From: a cyanobacterium endosymbiont of Braarudosphaera bigelowii
GTDB taxonomy: Bacteria > Cyanobacteriota > Cyanobacteriia > Cyanobacteriales > Microcystaceae
Reading direction: 5' to 3'
Length of the DNA: 32,000 nt
NCBI RefSeq assembly: GCF_020885515.1
Contig: NZ_AP024987.1
Coordinates: 960,001-992,000, forward strand
Part shown: positions 20,031-31,201 of the stretch, piece after piece
Numbering within the stretch: the first letter of the stretch is position 1
How the letters are laid out: each line of letters starts with the position of its first letter
The notes under the pieces: generated by a model
Told to the model about the DNA's origin: nothing
Seen by the model: only the letters and a program-made list of their open reading frames with translations
Database searches by the model: none
Position numbers and translations under genes: made by a program

Positions 20031-21350
20031 TTAATTATGTAAAAAAAACGATTTGTTGACTTATTAGGACTATGTGCTTATTAAAAATATTTTTTTTATA
20101 AATTAGTAAACATATTCTAAGAGTAAGTTAATATTTATTTCCATGCAAAAAATCACTATAAATTTCTATGACATATATAAAATATAGTTTTTCTAAAAGA
20201 TTATATAACTGAATCATGCAACATATAAATTTTAATAAAATATAAGCATTAATTATATTTATATAAAGATAATCAAATCATGTAAACTTAAAAGAAGACT
20301 ACTAAAATTCTTATATTATCAAGATCAGTTTCACTCTTTAGTGATATCTCTAATTAGAAGTAATAATTTTTTTACTCGGCACACAAAAATAAAAACGTTG
20401 TAATCATATTATCATGATAATTTGAGTGCAATACCTAAAAAAAGCTTGGCAAAATATAGATAGACAATAGTAAAGTAATATCTTTAATTTACTATTCAGA
20501 ATGTATTGAAGCAAATAATATTAAAATAACAGTAGTTCACCAAGGTATAAGTGTAACTCTAGCACTGTTCTTTTATCTAGACATAGTTATCATACAGATT
20601 ACTATGCTATACCAGTTCTTGAATTAACATTTTTACTTTTATGATGATAGATAAAGCTTTATATGTTGAAAATATTTAGATTGTCAGAATTTCAATTATA
20701 AAAATTTTGGTTGCTATCTAAGTAGCACTTCACTATAACAAATGCTAATAAAAATTAGTATATTATTTTGACTAGAAATACTTTTAAAATTTATTAATAA
20801 ATATCAAATGAACAATATTTCTTGCTCAAAAGTTTAGACTAAGAAATATTCAATTAAATTCTATTAACTAATAATAAATTAATAAGCATGTTTATACTAT
20901 TTAAAGAGCAATATAAAAAATACGTAAGTACTCTTAATAAAATTAGAAAATAGAAATATTTTCTCAAAAACGAAAGATTATGTAAGCTTAACAGACTTTC
21001 ATCTGATACTAAGCTAATCTAAATTAATGCATTAAATTAAATTTGTTACTCATTTGATTTATAGCTATATTTTTCTAACTTTTAGTTGATACTAATGTAG
21101 ATAGAAAGATTATGATATAAATTGTGGGTTAAGAAAAATAAATTTACTTTTTAGACTTAGTAATAACTTTAAGTCGATAAGTAAATAAAGTTGTTAGATG
21201 CATATTTATAATGATGATTACAAAATTGACATCATTTTAGTGTATGTATTTAAGTTCACAGAAATAATGTAATTGCATTGCATTATGAAAACTAAGTCAA
21301 TCGGTACTTACATACTGTGAAATCTGTCTCCAACTACTGCAGTGGAGTAA

Positions 21351-21364
21351 AGGTTATTTAACCT
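21351..21364 (+). promoter_or_regulatory. Small hairpin in the petH 5' leader (AGGTTA-TT-TAACCT)
   Basis: 6-bp perfect arms, 30 nt upstream of the petH ATG. Regulatory role unproven. Confidence 0.3.
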
Positions 21365-21382
21365 CTGTAAACACGTAAATAA

Positions 21383-22288
<906 letters not shown>

Positions 22289-22317
22289 ATTTTAAATATT
22301 ACTTTTAATTATCTAAC

Positions 22318-22348
22318 AAGGGGGTCAAATTTTTGCCCTCTTTTTTCT
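22318..22348 (+). terminator. Intrinsic terminator downstream of petH
   Basis: AAGGGGGTCAAATTTTTGCCCTCTTTTTT: GC-rich stem followed by a T-tract. Confidence 0.7.
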
Positions 22349-22507
22349 TAATTTTTAGAATATAGTTAATTAACTAGGAAATAAAAAGTATTTTTTTGGT
22401 GGGCAGCGATTTAATTGCAACTTATAAAATTCTTTATAGAGATAAACTAAATAATTAAGTAGTCAGTCAGTCAAATTATATACAGTGTAGTTATGAAATT
22501 AAACATA

Positions 22508-23545
22508 TTATGAAATTACCTGATTAAGTATTTCCTTATGCAGCATAGCACGTTCTTTTAAATCTTTTATTGAACTATCAATCGGTTGCATACTATTAAA
22601 AAAATACTCTAGCCATGCATGTTTTATTGTATCTGAATTGTTAGGTAACTGATTAAGTTCCCATCCGGGAATATTTATTTCCTCCATTAAATACTTAACT
22701 TTAGGATCATAGCTTAAAGCAAAACATCGCGATTTTTCTGAAGCAGCCATAATTAAACAATGTAATCTCATTCCTATAGTCATATTGATATTTTTAAATA
22801 ATCCTTTTAATCTTTGTGGATCATCTAATTGAATAATCTCATGAGGCTTTAATAATTGTTTGGAAATAAAATGTGCAATTGCAAGATCTTGAGAAGCTTG
22901 AAATGGAACTAGTAATATATACACATTAGTAATTTTTTGAAAATCTACTAATGCATTAGTCAACGTTTTCAATCTTTGGAGAGTTAATGATGGATGATTA
23001 CGCAAATTAACAGCAACTTTTAGTTGTGAAGTCTTTGGTAAGTCTGATGTATTTTTAGAGTTTAACGTCCAAACTGGATCAGGAGCAATAGAATAGTTGA
23101 TATTCCATGTCGATAGTAATTCAGCAGACTTATGATCTCTAACGCTAACTGCAGTACACTTAGCTAATATTTTTTGAGTTATCCAGCGTGTAAATTTATA
23201 ATTTAAAGGCCCTATTCCCTGTCCCCAGGCTATAGTTTTTAATCCTCTTATTTGTGCTAGGCTCATTAACCCTAAGTAATATATTGGACTGGCAAAACTT
23301 GTACTATCTTGTATTAAACTTCCTCCACCCCAGATAAAAATATCAGAATATTTTAGAGCCTTCAAAAGTGAAAAAATGTCTCGATGGGGACAAGTTCTCA
23401 CATTATAATTTTGTTGAGTTTTTTTTGGATTGGCAGAAATAACAATTGGTTCAATTTTTGAAGGTAACATTTGTAATAAGGACATCAATAATGCTTCGTC
23501 ACCAGCATTTCCCTGTCCATAGTAGCCACTAATCAATGCTTTCAT
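22508..23545 (-). CDS. csaB: Polysaccharide pyruvyl transferase, CsaB-like
   Basis: MKALISGYYGQGNAGDEALLMSLLQML, DIFIWGGGSLIQDSTSFASPIYYLGLMSLAQ, WGQGIGPLNYKFTRWI, SVRDHKSAELL and IGMRLHCLIMAA. Confidence 0.92.
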   Translation of the reverse strand: MKALISGYYGQGNAGDEALLMSLLQMLPSKIEPIVISANPKKTQQNYNVRTCPHRDIFSLLKALKYSDIFIWGGGSLIQDSTSFASPIYYLGLMSLAQIRGLKTIAWGQGIGPLNYKFTRWITQKILAKCTAVSVRDHKSAELLSTWNINYSIAPDPVWTLNSKNTSDLPKTSQLKVAVNLRNHPSLTLQRLKTLTNALVDFQKITNVYILLVPFQASQDLAIAHFISKQLLKPHEIIQLDDPQRLKGLFKNINMTIGMRLHCLIMAASEKSRCFALSYDPKVKYLMEEINIPGWELNQLPNNSDTIKHAWLEYFFNSMQPIDSSIKDLKERAMLHKEILNQVIS

Positions 23546-23672
23546 TTTGTCTTTCTTTACATATAAATTTTGTCTTATATGTAGTTAATCACATTTAAGT
23601 TTTTCTTGTTTTATTAAAAATACAATTTAATATCAAGTATATTTATCTAATAATTTTTAAACTTAATAAAAA

Positions 23673-23768
23673 CTATCATCAATTATAGGAGTTACATATC
23701 AGAGTAAAGGTCTTACTTGACTAGTTAGAACTTTTATTCTGATATGTAACTCCTATAATTGATGATAG
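23673..23768 (-). repeat. 30-bp perfect inverted repeat spanning the stop codon of the O-antigen-ligase-like gene; possible terminator or attenuator
   Basis: Left arm 23673-23702 CTATCATCAATTATAGGAGTTACATATCAG is the exact reverse complement of 23739-23768. The stop codon (23721-23723) lies in the loop. The minus-strand RNA continues with UUUUUAUU. Confidence 0.9.
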
Positions 23769-25025
23769 CAACAACCATCCAATTACATTGATCTTTAAAT
23801 CAAAGATACTCACATCAAATAAATTGAAAATAGTACATAGAATAAATGCATTTAGATAAGTAAATAAAAGTAGATTTTTAGTATCGATACTTGTATCTAG
23901 AGATATATAGTTACTATAGATTTGTTTTGTTTTGATTAAAATCATAGTAGCTTTTCCTAGAATAGTAGCTACAATTATACTTAATAGTGAAGTTCCAAAA
24001 ATTCCAATCTCTGATAATAGCATTAAAAATAAATTGTGGGGATGTCCCATCCAGACATTTATTTTCTGTTGATATATAGGAGTAAAATTACGAAGTCCCC
24101 ATCCCCAGAAGGGACGGCTTAACATCATTTGCCATGCGACACTCCATTGAGTTGTCCTCAAAGCAGTTATATGACGGTCATCATATAATTCATCTGTTAA
24201 TCTAGCCCAGAAATAATCGGGAATAATCCCACGTATAATATTTTGATAAAAGGGAAGCCAGGCTGCCCATGCGATCAAAAAGACTAATAGTACTATGAAA
24301 GAAAGAAACCAGTACAATTCTAAATATGCTATGAAAGCAGTTAAGCTTAATAGTGCAAGACCCCATGCGCTACGGGAATGAGTTAATACTATTCCAAAAC
24401 CATTGATAAAAACAGCAACTGAAAGAGTTGCTAATTGTAACTTGGTTTGATAATTACTTAAGATTTTCCAACTTTGATAATGATAAATCCACAGACCTAT
24501 CGATAATGTAAAAGTAGTTACTAAATAAAAAGCTAGAGTATTTGCATACATTAAAAAAGAAGATACTCTTCCTTCAGGACGTCCATATGCAATTAACTGA
24601 ATACCTACTCTTTTAAGGAGAAATGGAGTTTCCCAGCCATAAAATAACTGCATAAAGCCTAAAAAGCAAATTGGAAGAGAAACTAGTACTAACCACCAGG
24701 CAAGGTTGTATAATCTATTATAGCTATTTAATAAAAATGGAAAAGATACTACCATCAAAATGGAAGGAATAAAATTAGCTAATCCTTCGAAACTTAAAAT
24801 TGGATAAATTGCTATTGTAGAAATAAAAATTAACCAAATAAATAGTATTCCAAAGCTCCAGTTAAGAGGTTCGTAAATTATACTTTTATATTTTTGTTTC
24901 CACAGATTTAATATTAATAAGCTTAAAAATATAGCCCCTAAATCTGCAGATATAGGTAAAAAAATTATGCCAGCTTTCAGTAAATATTCAGACCATAAGA
25001 AATTCGGATTTTTTAATTGTTTCAT
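23721..25025 (-). CDS. O-antigen ligase/polymerase family (Wzy_C-like) membrane protein
   Basis: Multi-TM protein with LTHSRSAWGLALLSL and WGWGLRNFTPIYQQ...WMGHPHNLFLMLLSEIG, the PHN-x-x-L motif typical of Wzy_C proteins. Confidence 0.85.
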   Translation of the reverse strand: MKQLKNPNFLWSEYLLKAGIIFLPISADLGAIFLSLLILNLWKQKYKSIIYEPLNWSFGILFIWLIFISTIAIYPILSFEGLANFIPSILMVVSFPFLLNSYNRLYNLAWWLVLVSLPICFLGFMQLFYGWETPFLLKRVGIQLIAYGRPEGRVSSFLMYANTLAFYLVTTFTLSIGLWIYHYQSWKILSNYQTKLQLATLSVAVFINGFGIVLTHSRSAWGLALLSLTAFIAYLELYWFLSFIVLLVFLIAWAAWLPFYQNIIRGIIPDYFWARLTDELYDDRHITALRTTQWSVAWQMMLSRPFWGWGLRNFTPIYQQKINVWMGHPHNLFLMLLSEIGIFGTSLLSIIVATILGKATMILIKTKQIYSNYISLDTSIDTKNLLLFTYLNAFILCTIFNLFDVSIFDLKINVIGWLLLSSIIGVTYQNKSSN

Positions 25026-25294
25026 CTCAAGTAAAATTGTCTATAGTACATTTATCTCTTAATATCCTGACTCATAAATTTTGCTATGGTAATTTTAGTA
25101 ACATAATCAACTATAGTACTTTCGTCACTATAATTGTTTTTTAAAAAATCTTCTCGTTTTTTTTAATGAAGAATTTTTCTTAAATAATACACTTGGCAAG
25201 AAAAGTTATTGAGTAAAAATAACAAGAAAAGTACTATTATTTTTTTGGATATAAGATTAGTGAAAACGTCCTATACTTGAGCAAAAAAAAACTG

Positions 25295-25338
25295 TATTGA
25301 TATCTAATTCTATTAAGATCTAAAATTAGATATCAATA
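25295..25338. repeat. 15-bp perfect inverted repeat (TATTGATATCTAATT...AATTAGATATCAATA) in a long spacer
   Basis: Read directly; 14-nt loop. Confidence 0.6.
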
Positions 25339-25628
25339 AAATTAGATGTATTGTTTTACTTGCTAATAATACTTTTCATAATTTTATTTGATAGGTGAGT
25401 CAAAAATTTGTTTCAATATTTATCTTGAGCATTATGCTAAATCAGATGCCCTTAATTTTAAGTTAACAATAGATATAAATTAAAGTGTTCTTGTAGCTAA
25501 AGCCGCTAGTTTCTCTTTGTAACATTGTCAAATTATCGGAAGTAAGAAAAAGAGTCTTTTCTTAATTTTATGTAATTAAACTTTTTAACTCTAACTTTTT
25601 ATTTTCATCAAACTGAAAGCTTGAGAAC

Positions 25629-25652
25629 AACATAGATGGTTAAATCTATGTT
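25629..25652 (+). repeat. 9-bp perfect hairpin AACATAGAT-GGTTAA-ATCTATGTT upstream of tpiA
   Basis: Read directly. Confidence 0.45.
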
Positions 25653-25903
25653 AGAAAATACAGGCCAGGTTAGATAGCTTTTCTTTTGTCGTAACCTCTA
25701 GTGTTAAGGTGTATCTATTTAAAAATTGCCCTTTTAAAATAATCTGATGTAAGATAATTTAATGTAAATATTTCTTATAAATTTATTTTAATTTACTCGG
25801 TATACTTTCTATGTTTCCTATTAAGACAACTGGTCATAAATACCCTATTCAGATTAAACTAAAATTTATACAGCCACATTAGTATTTATCATCAAGTATA
25901 ACT

Positions 25904-26620
25904 GTGAGAAAAAAAATTGTTGCAGGTAATTGGAAGATGCATAAAACTCAGGCAGAAGCTCTAGAGTTTTTCTCAGCATTAAAATTTAACAAAATAAATG
26001 GAACAGAAATTGTTCTTTGTGTTCCATTTACCCTATTAAGTCTCTTGTCAAAAAACTTACATGGAGAGGATATTTGCTTAGGAGCACAAAATATACATTG
26101 GGCTGAGAAAGGAGCTTACACAGGAGAAATTTCTGGATTAATGTTAGTAGAGTCCAATGTAAGTTATGTGATAGTTGGCCATAGTGAACGCCGTCAGTAT
26201 TTTGGAGAAACAGATAAAACTGTTAATTCACGAGTTATTGCAGCTCAATACCATGGAATAAAACCAATTCTTTGTATTGGAGAAACTAAACAGCAAAGAG
26301 ATGCTGGAAAAGCAGAAGAAGTTATTATTAATCAATTAAAACAAGGTTTAATTAATGTAGATCAAGAAAATTTAGTTATTGCTTATGAACCTATATGGGC
26401 CATTGGGACAGGAGAGACCTGTGATGTTTCAGAAGCTAATCGCATAACTGGCATTATTCGAGAACAGGTGTTAAATAAAAATATTAGCATTCAATATGGT
26501 GGTTCTGTTACCCCTAAAAATATTGGTGCAATAATGTCTCAACCAAATATCGATGGAGTTTTAGTTGGAGGTGCAAGTTTAAATCATGTTAGTTTTTCGG
26601 AGATTATAAATTATCAATAG
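25904..26620 (+). CDS. tpiA: Triosephosphate isomerase
   Basis: [60 protein letters not shown] and [14 protein letters not shown] start. Confidence 0.97.
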   Translation: MRKKIVAGNWKMHKTQAEALEFFSALKFNKINGTEIVLCVPFTLLSLLSKNLHGEDICLGAQNIHWAEKGAYTGEISGLMLVESNVSYVIVGHSERRQYFGETDKTVNSRVIAAQYHGIKPILCIGETKQQRDAGKAEEVIINQLKQGLINVDQENLVIAYEPIWAIGTGETCDVSEANRITGIIREQVLNKNISIQYGGSVTPKNIGAIMSQPNIDGVLVGGASLNHVSFSEIINYQ

Positions 26621-26673
26621 ATTAAAAAAAAATTCATTATGAGCAATAGCTTTACACTAAGTAAATTAAGACT

Positions 26674-27516
26674 ATGCGATATCTAACCATTCGAGATTAT
26701 ACTTTTGAATGGGGAAAAAGTACTTACTTAATGGGTATACTTAATGTCACTCCTGACAGCTTTAGTGATGGTGGTGATTTCTTGAAAACAGAGATAGCCT
26801 TGTATCATGCTAAAAAAATGATAAATGAAGGTGTTGATATTGTTGATATTGGAGGCCAATCAACTCGTCCCGGAGCTCACAAAATTACTACGAAAGAAGA
26901 ACTACAAAGAGTAATTCCAATTATTAGAGCACTACGAAGAGAAAGTTCAATACCTATTTCTATTGATACTACGAATTCAGAGGTTGTAATAGAAGCTATT
27001 AAGGAAGGAGCTGACATTGTCAATGATATTTCAGGAGGAAGTTTTGACAATAAAATGTTTTCTACTGTATCTACTCTTAGAATACCTATGGTTATCATGC
27101 ATATAAGAGGAACTCCTGAAACAATGCGTACAAGGTTAAATTACAATAACCTTGTACAGGAAATTATAGAGTGGTTAAACCAAAAAATTACAATAGCTGT
27201 TAAGGCAGGAATCGATAAGAGTTATTTAATAATCGATCCAGGGATCGGTTTTGCAAAAAATTCTAAACAAAATATAGAGTTGTTACAGCATTTATCCAGT
27301 TTTCATATCTTAGAAAATCCTATATTACTAGGTGTTTCTCGAAAAAGCTTTATTGGGGAGATTCTTGAAGAAAATAATCCTAAAAAAAGAATTTTTGGAA
27401 CAGCTGCAGCATGTTGTAGTGCCATAGCAAATGGTGTAGACATTCTTCGAGTTCATGATGTTGCACAAATAAAAAACCTCGCAAAAATGGCTGATGTTAT
27501 TTGGCGAAAACGATAA
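26674..27516 (+). CDS. folP: Dihydropteroate synthase
   Basis: LMGILNVTPDSFSDGGDFL, VDIVDIGGQSTRPGA, PISIDTT, VNDISGG, VIMHIRGTP, LIIDPGIGFAK and LLGVSRKSFIG. Confidence 0.96.
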   Translation: MRYLTIRDYTFEWGKSTYLMGILNVTPDSFSDGGDFLKTEIALYHAKKMINEGVDIVDIGGQSTRPGAHKITTKEELQRVIPIIRALRRESSIPISIDTTNSEVVIEAIKEGADIVNDISGGSFDNKMFSTVSTLRIPMVIMHIRGTPETMRTRLNYNNLVQEIIEWLNQKITIAVKAGIDKSYLIIDPGIGFAKNSKQNIELLQHLSSFHILENPILLGVSRKSFIGEILEENNPKKRIFGTAAACCSAIANGVDILRVHDVAQIKNLAKMADVIWRKR

Positions 27517-27815
27517 CCTTCTACCCTACAGTGAAGATCCAATTAATTAAATGATTTATTTGTCAAAATCCTGGATTTTTTTAATCTTTGATTAGTTCAT
27601 GTACAATGTTATTAACACCATTTTAAAAAACTTCATTCAAATAATTATAATAACCAAGATATCTTAAAATATTAAGGTTTACTTCTTATAATATCTAAAT
27701 GTTTTACTAAAATAGAAACTTAATCATTGTAATAGTGAAATATAGCTACAATCAAATTTTATTTGAGCTATTTTCGGGTAGAGAACTGTAAAATTTAAAG
27801 GTTAATGAAAAATTA

Positions 27816-28775
27816 ATGTCTATTGTAAAGCTAGATAATTCTAATCCCCTAAAATCTATTGACTTGCCTCCTTTGCCTTTATTACGCCCTCTTCTAATGA
27901 TTGGTCATGGTACTAGGGATATTGGTGGGCAAAAAACTTTCCTTGAATTTGCTTCTGTATATCAAGCTTTAGATTATTCTCGTCCTATAATTCCATGCTT
28001 TCTTGAATTGACGGAACCATATATTGGCGAAAGTATAAAGCTATGTATATCACGAGGTTTTACAAACATTTCTGTTTTGCCTATTTTATTGTTTGCTGCT
28101 CGTCACAATAAATTTGATATTACCAACGAACTTGATCAAGCCAAAAAAAAATATCCTCAGTTGAATTTTTTCTATGGAAAACATTTTGGTATTACACCAA
28201 ATCTTCTAAAACTATGGGTAGATCGATTAGCTATCTTAGACAGTTCTAAAGTTAATCCTAATAAAGTTAAACGTTCTGAAACAGTATTATTATTTGTTGG
28301 TAGAGGTTCTAGCGATCCAGATGCTAATGGAGATGCCTATAAAATTGCTCGACTTTTATGGGAAGGAAGTGGTTATCAAGCAGTAGAAGTCGCTTTTATA
28401 GGTATTACTTATCCACGTCTTGAAGAAAGTTTTAGGAAAGTCTACTCCTATCAACCGAAACGTATTATTGTTTTGCCCCATTTTCTATTTACTGGAGCAT
28501 TAATCAAAAAAATCTTCCAAATTACAATTAAACAACAAGAGTTACATAATCATACTGAAATTGTTTGTCTTCCAGAAATCGGTATACATAATCAATTGCT
28601 GAAAATATTGAGAGAACGAGAATTAGAAACCCAAAAGGATCAAGTCAATATGAATTGCGAAATGTGTAAATTTCGTATTGATTCTTTAAATGAAAACATA
28701 TATTCTCATGATTTAAATCCTGATTATTATATGAATACTAAAAGCTATCATCAAAATATTTGGAAAACTTACTAA
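27816..28775 (+). CDS. CbiX/SirB-type sirohydrochlorin chelatase-like protein
   Basis: [64 protein letters not shown] and [15 protein letters not shown], plus a C-terminal NCEMCKFR motif. Confidence 0.88.
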   Translation: MSIVKLDNSNPLKSIDLPPLPLLRPLLMIGHGTRDIGGQKTFLEFASVYQALDYSRPIIPCFLELTEPYIGESIKLCISRGFTNISVLPILLFAARHNKFDITNELDQAKKKYPQLNFFYGKHFGITPNLLKLWVDRLAILDSSKVNPNKVKRSETVLLFVGRGSSDPDANGDAYKIARLLWEGSGYQAVEVAFIGITYPRLEESFRKVYSYQPKRIIVLPHFLFTGALIKKIFQITIKQQELHNHTEIVCLPEIGIHNQLLKILRERELETQKDQVNMNCEMCKFRIDSLNENIYSHDLNPDYYMNTKSYHQNIWKTY

Positions 28776-28891
28776 AAAATATTAAGTACTTAAGCTTGAT
28801 TTAATACATGCTGCTAGAAATAGTAGAAAGTAAGGCTAAAAAGATAGATTGTTATCTATAATAAAAATTAGTTAAATACATTATATTCTTT

Positions 28892-29116
28892 ATGAATAAG
28901 CCAAAACTTTCTATTGGTAGTAAAGTTTTCCTTCAAAATCGACCTCCTTACCTTAAGACTGCTGATCCTATGCCAATGTTACGACCTTCTGATATTTTAG
29001 AGATTGGAGATCAGGGAGTAATTATAGATATTCGTCCTGGAGGATACTGGGGTGTAAAATTTACTCAAGGAACATTCTTAATAGAAGATCAATATATTGC
29101 TGTTTTAAAACAATAG
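28892..29116 (+). CDS. sipA: SipA-like small regulatory protein (NblS-interacting protein A; DUF3148)
   Basis: 74 aa: SIGSKVFLQNRPPYLKTADPMPMLRPSDILEIGDQGVIIDIRPGGYWGVKFTQGTFLIEDQYI resembles cyanobacterial SipA as remembered. Confidence 0.82.
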   Translation: MNKPKLSIGSKVFLQNRPPYLKTADPMPMLRPSDILEIGDQGVIIDIRPGGYWGVKFTQGTFLIEDQYIAVLKQ

Positions 29117-29599
29117 TTTAATAATATTAATAACTAGGTCTCTAGTAATCTTATTATTAGTTTTAGGTTGTATTTTACTTTTAATATTTAACTTAAACTA
29201 ATGTAATTGTATTATAGATATTGTTTTCTGAAAATTAATATTTAATAAAAAAAGAGTAATGTAGATTTTAAGGTTAATAATATATAGTAAATTGTAGTAA
29301 CGAAAAAATTTATGTAATGTATACGAGGATAAATATGAGTTAGCATATTATTTGTTAAACTTAATCGGTAACTATACATAATAAATAGCTATTTTATGAG
29401 ACTAGAATATTATTTATTGTTATGGAGTTAGTTTTTGCTAACTTTATTTTATTCAAGTAGTACTATATTGAAAAAGTCTCCATAATAAGGGAAATTCTAT
29501 CTTAGATAAAAAATATATTATTAGAATCAAGAAAGAATTTTTTAAACAATAGTAAAAAGTAATATTAAACTTACGACTTATCCTACTAGGTACAGTCTA

Positions 29600-30966
29600 T
29601 AAATAATCAAGTTACCAACAATCCTTATGGAAAAAAGCTTCCTAAATTAGAATATTCTCTTACTAACTTAGTAAAAATCAATAAAGATAATGTAGTGTCT
29701 TTAATAAATGATAATTCTAATTTATATTCAAAAGAATCAGAGCTTAATAAAACTGAGATGATAAATAATCAAGAAAGATTGTCATTATTATTAATAATAA
29801 AATAAATCGCGATAATCTCGGTAAAGCAGTGCATGAGTCAGAATATCTACTACCAAGAGGAGGAGTTTACTGGCGTCTGTAAAAGGAAAATTTGGAAGAT
29901 AATGTTGTTAATCAAAGTAAGCATCTATAATATTTAAAATTATTATTTAAATATTATCCAGAACTTATTCCTGGACATCCTAAAATTCGCAAAATTTCTA
30001 AATATAAGTAATCAACAAAAAGAAGTTCTACATGTATTGGAGTATGCAATATATTTGTATCCTAATGAAGCTCCTTTGAAAAATTAGAAGCCTGGTTAAC
30101 TCTATCTCTTAAAGCCCCTCAATTTATTGCTTCCAATCAAGAGCACTTTCTAACTGAAAAATTTAGGTCAATATCAAGTTAATTTAAAAAAGCATATGAC
30201 TTGAAACATGCTGAGTAATGCTGTTATGAATGATACAGGAGTTACTGTAATAGGTAATATTTTTGCATCTTTTTCTACCATACAAACAAGTTATCTTCTT
30301 TTGTGAGGAGAGTTGGTAGTTGGTGAAAGTTGTATGGAGGGTTTTAAAGATCGTTTTAACTTAGTTCAAGATCAAGAAATAAATCCATATATTAATAAAT
30401 TTGTAAAAGTTGTTGGAAGAGATGAATTCCAATATAAATTTTTGTAGTAGAGGATAAAATATTAATGCTTTTGTTTTACCTAGAGGTAAAGTGTTTACGA
30501 CTTTAGAAACAATTGCCAAGACTTCCTCAGAAACTGAAATTACTGGTTTATTAGCCCATGAACTGGCTAATTTTGCTTTGTCGCATGAATTTCAATAAAT
30601 ATATTAGTTAGTAGTATTATGGACTACATCCCTTGCATTGGAGGGTTGGCCAACAATTTAACAGTTCTGACTTATAGCCATAGTATGGAAAAACAAGCTA
30701 ATTTGTTTGGAACAAGACTATTAGCAGCTACTGGATTTGTTGCAGATGAAGTTCATGATTCAATGGTAACAATAAATTTTGAACACAAAAATAATTGACT
30801 TACTTGATTATCAATACATACTGAACCTAATAATCGTATAAGATATATCGAAAGAAAAATTGTGTATAAAAGTTCAAACTATTTTGTATATGAAGGGGTA
30901 GAAAAGCATAAAAGAATTCGACAAAAGGTAGTTAAACTTTTACAAAATAACACAATAAACAAGTAG
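29600..30966 (+). pseudogene. Decayed M48-family metalloprotease with TPR-like N-terminal region
   Basis: Segments in order: VLHVLEYAIYLYPNEAPLKN*; EAWLTLSLKAPQFIASNQEHFLTEKFRS; NLKKHMT*NMLSNAVMNDTGVTVIGNIFASFSTIQTSYLLL*; VVGESCMEGFKDRFNLVQDQEINPYINKFVKVVGRDEFQYKFL**; NINAFVLPRGKVFTTLETIAKTSSETEITGLLAHELANFALSHEFQ*; SIMDYIPCIGGLANNLTVLTYSHSMEKQANLFGTRLLAATGFVADEVHDSMVTI; RYIERKIVYKSSNYFVYEGVEKHKRIRQKVVKLL. Multiple stops and frameshifts; the 5' boundary is uncertain. Confidence 0.9.
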
Positions 30967-31201
30967 ATCCTAGAGTTGGGTTGTTTTTAATAATTTATTG
31001 TTTTTATATGAGATATATAGAAATTGTTAATCAAATACTCTTAGAGGTTCATGATTTCTATATATAGTTTTTTAGTACATAAGGATATACAAAAAATAAA
31101 GTTTAATAGAGTTTATATTACTTTATGATATTTCAGTGTCATTATTCTAGAATAATTAGTCGTACTATTTGCTAAGTATAATCTTCAGAATAGAAACCAT
31201 T

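Noticed and set aside
20550-20670. Short readable stretch (SSTVLLSRHSYHTDYYAIPVLELTFLLL) as a possible gene remnant
   Set aside because: No family match I can name and no flanking coding similarity; consistent with chance open frame.
21303-21315. Possible NtcA box upstream of petH
   Set aside because: GTACTTACATAC has a 6-nt spacer, not the 8 nt of the GTA-N8-TAC consensus, so it is not supported as an NtcA site.
23673-23768. Interpreting the 30-bp inverted repeat as transposon terminal repeats
   Set aside because: The repeats are only 36 nt apart with no transposase or flanking target duplication, and one arm is part of the host coding sequence.
25560-25760. Possible riboswitch (TPP-like CTGA...GAG) upstream of tpiA
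   Set aside because: The conserved TPP core elements could not be found in order. Only a simple hairpin is supported.
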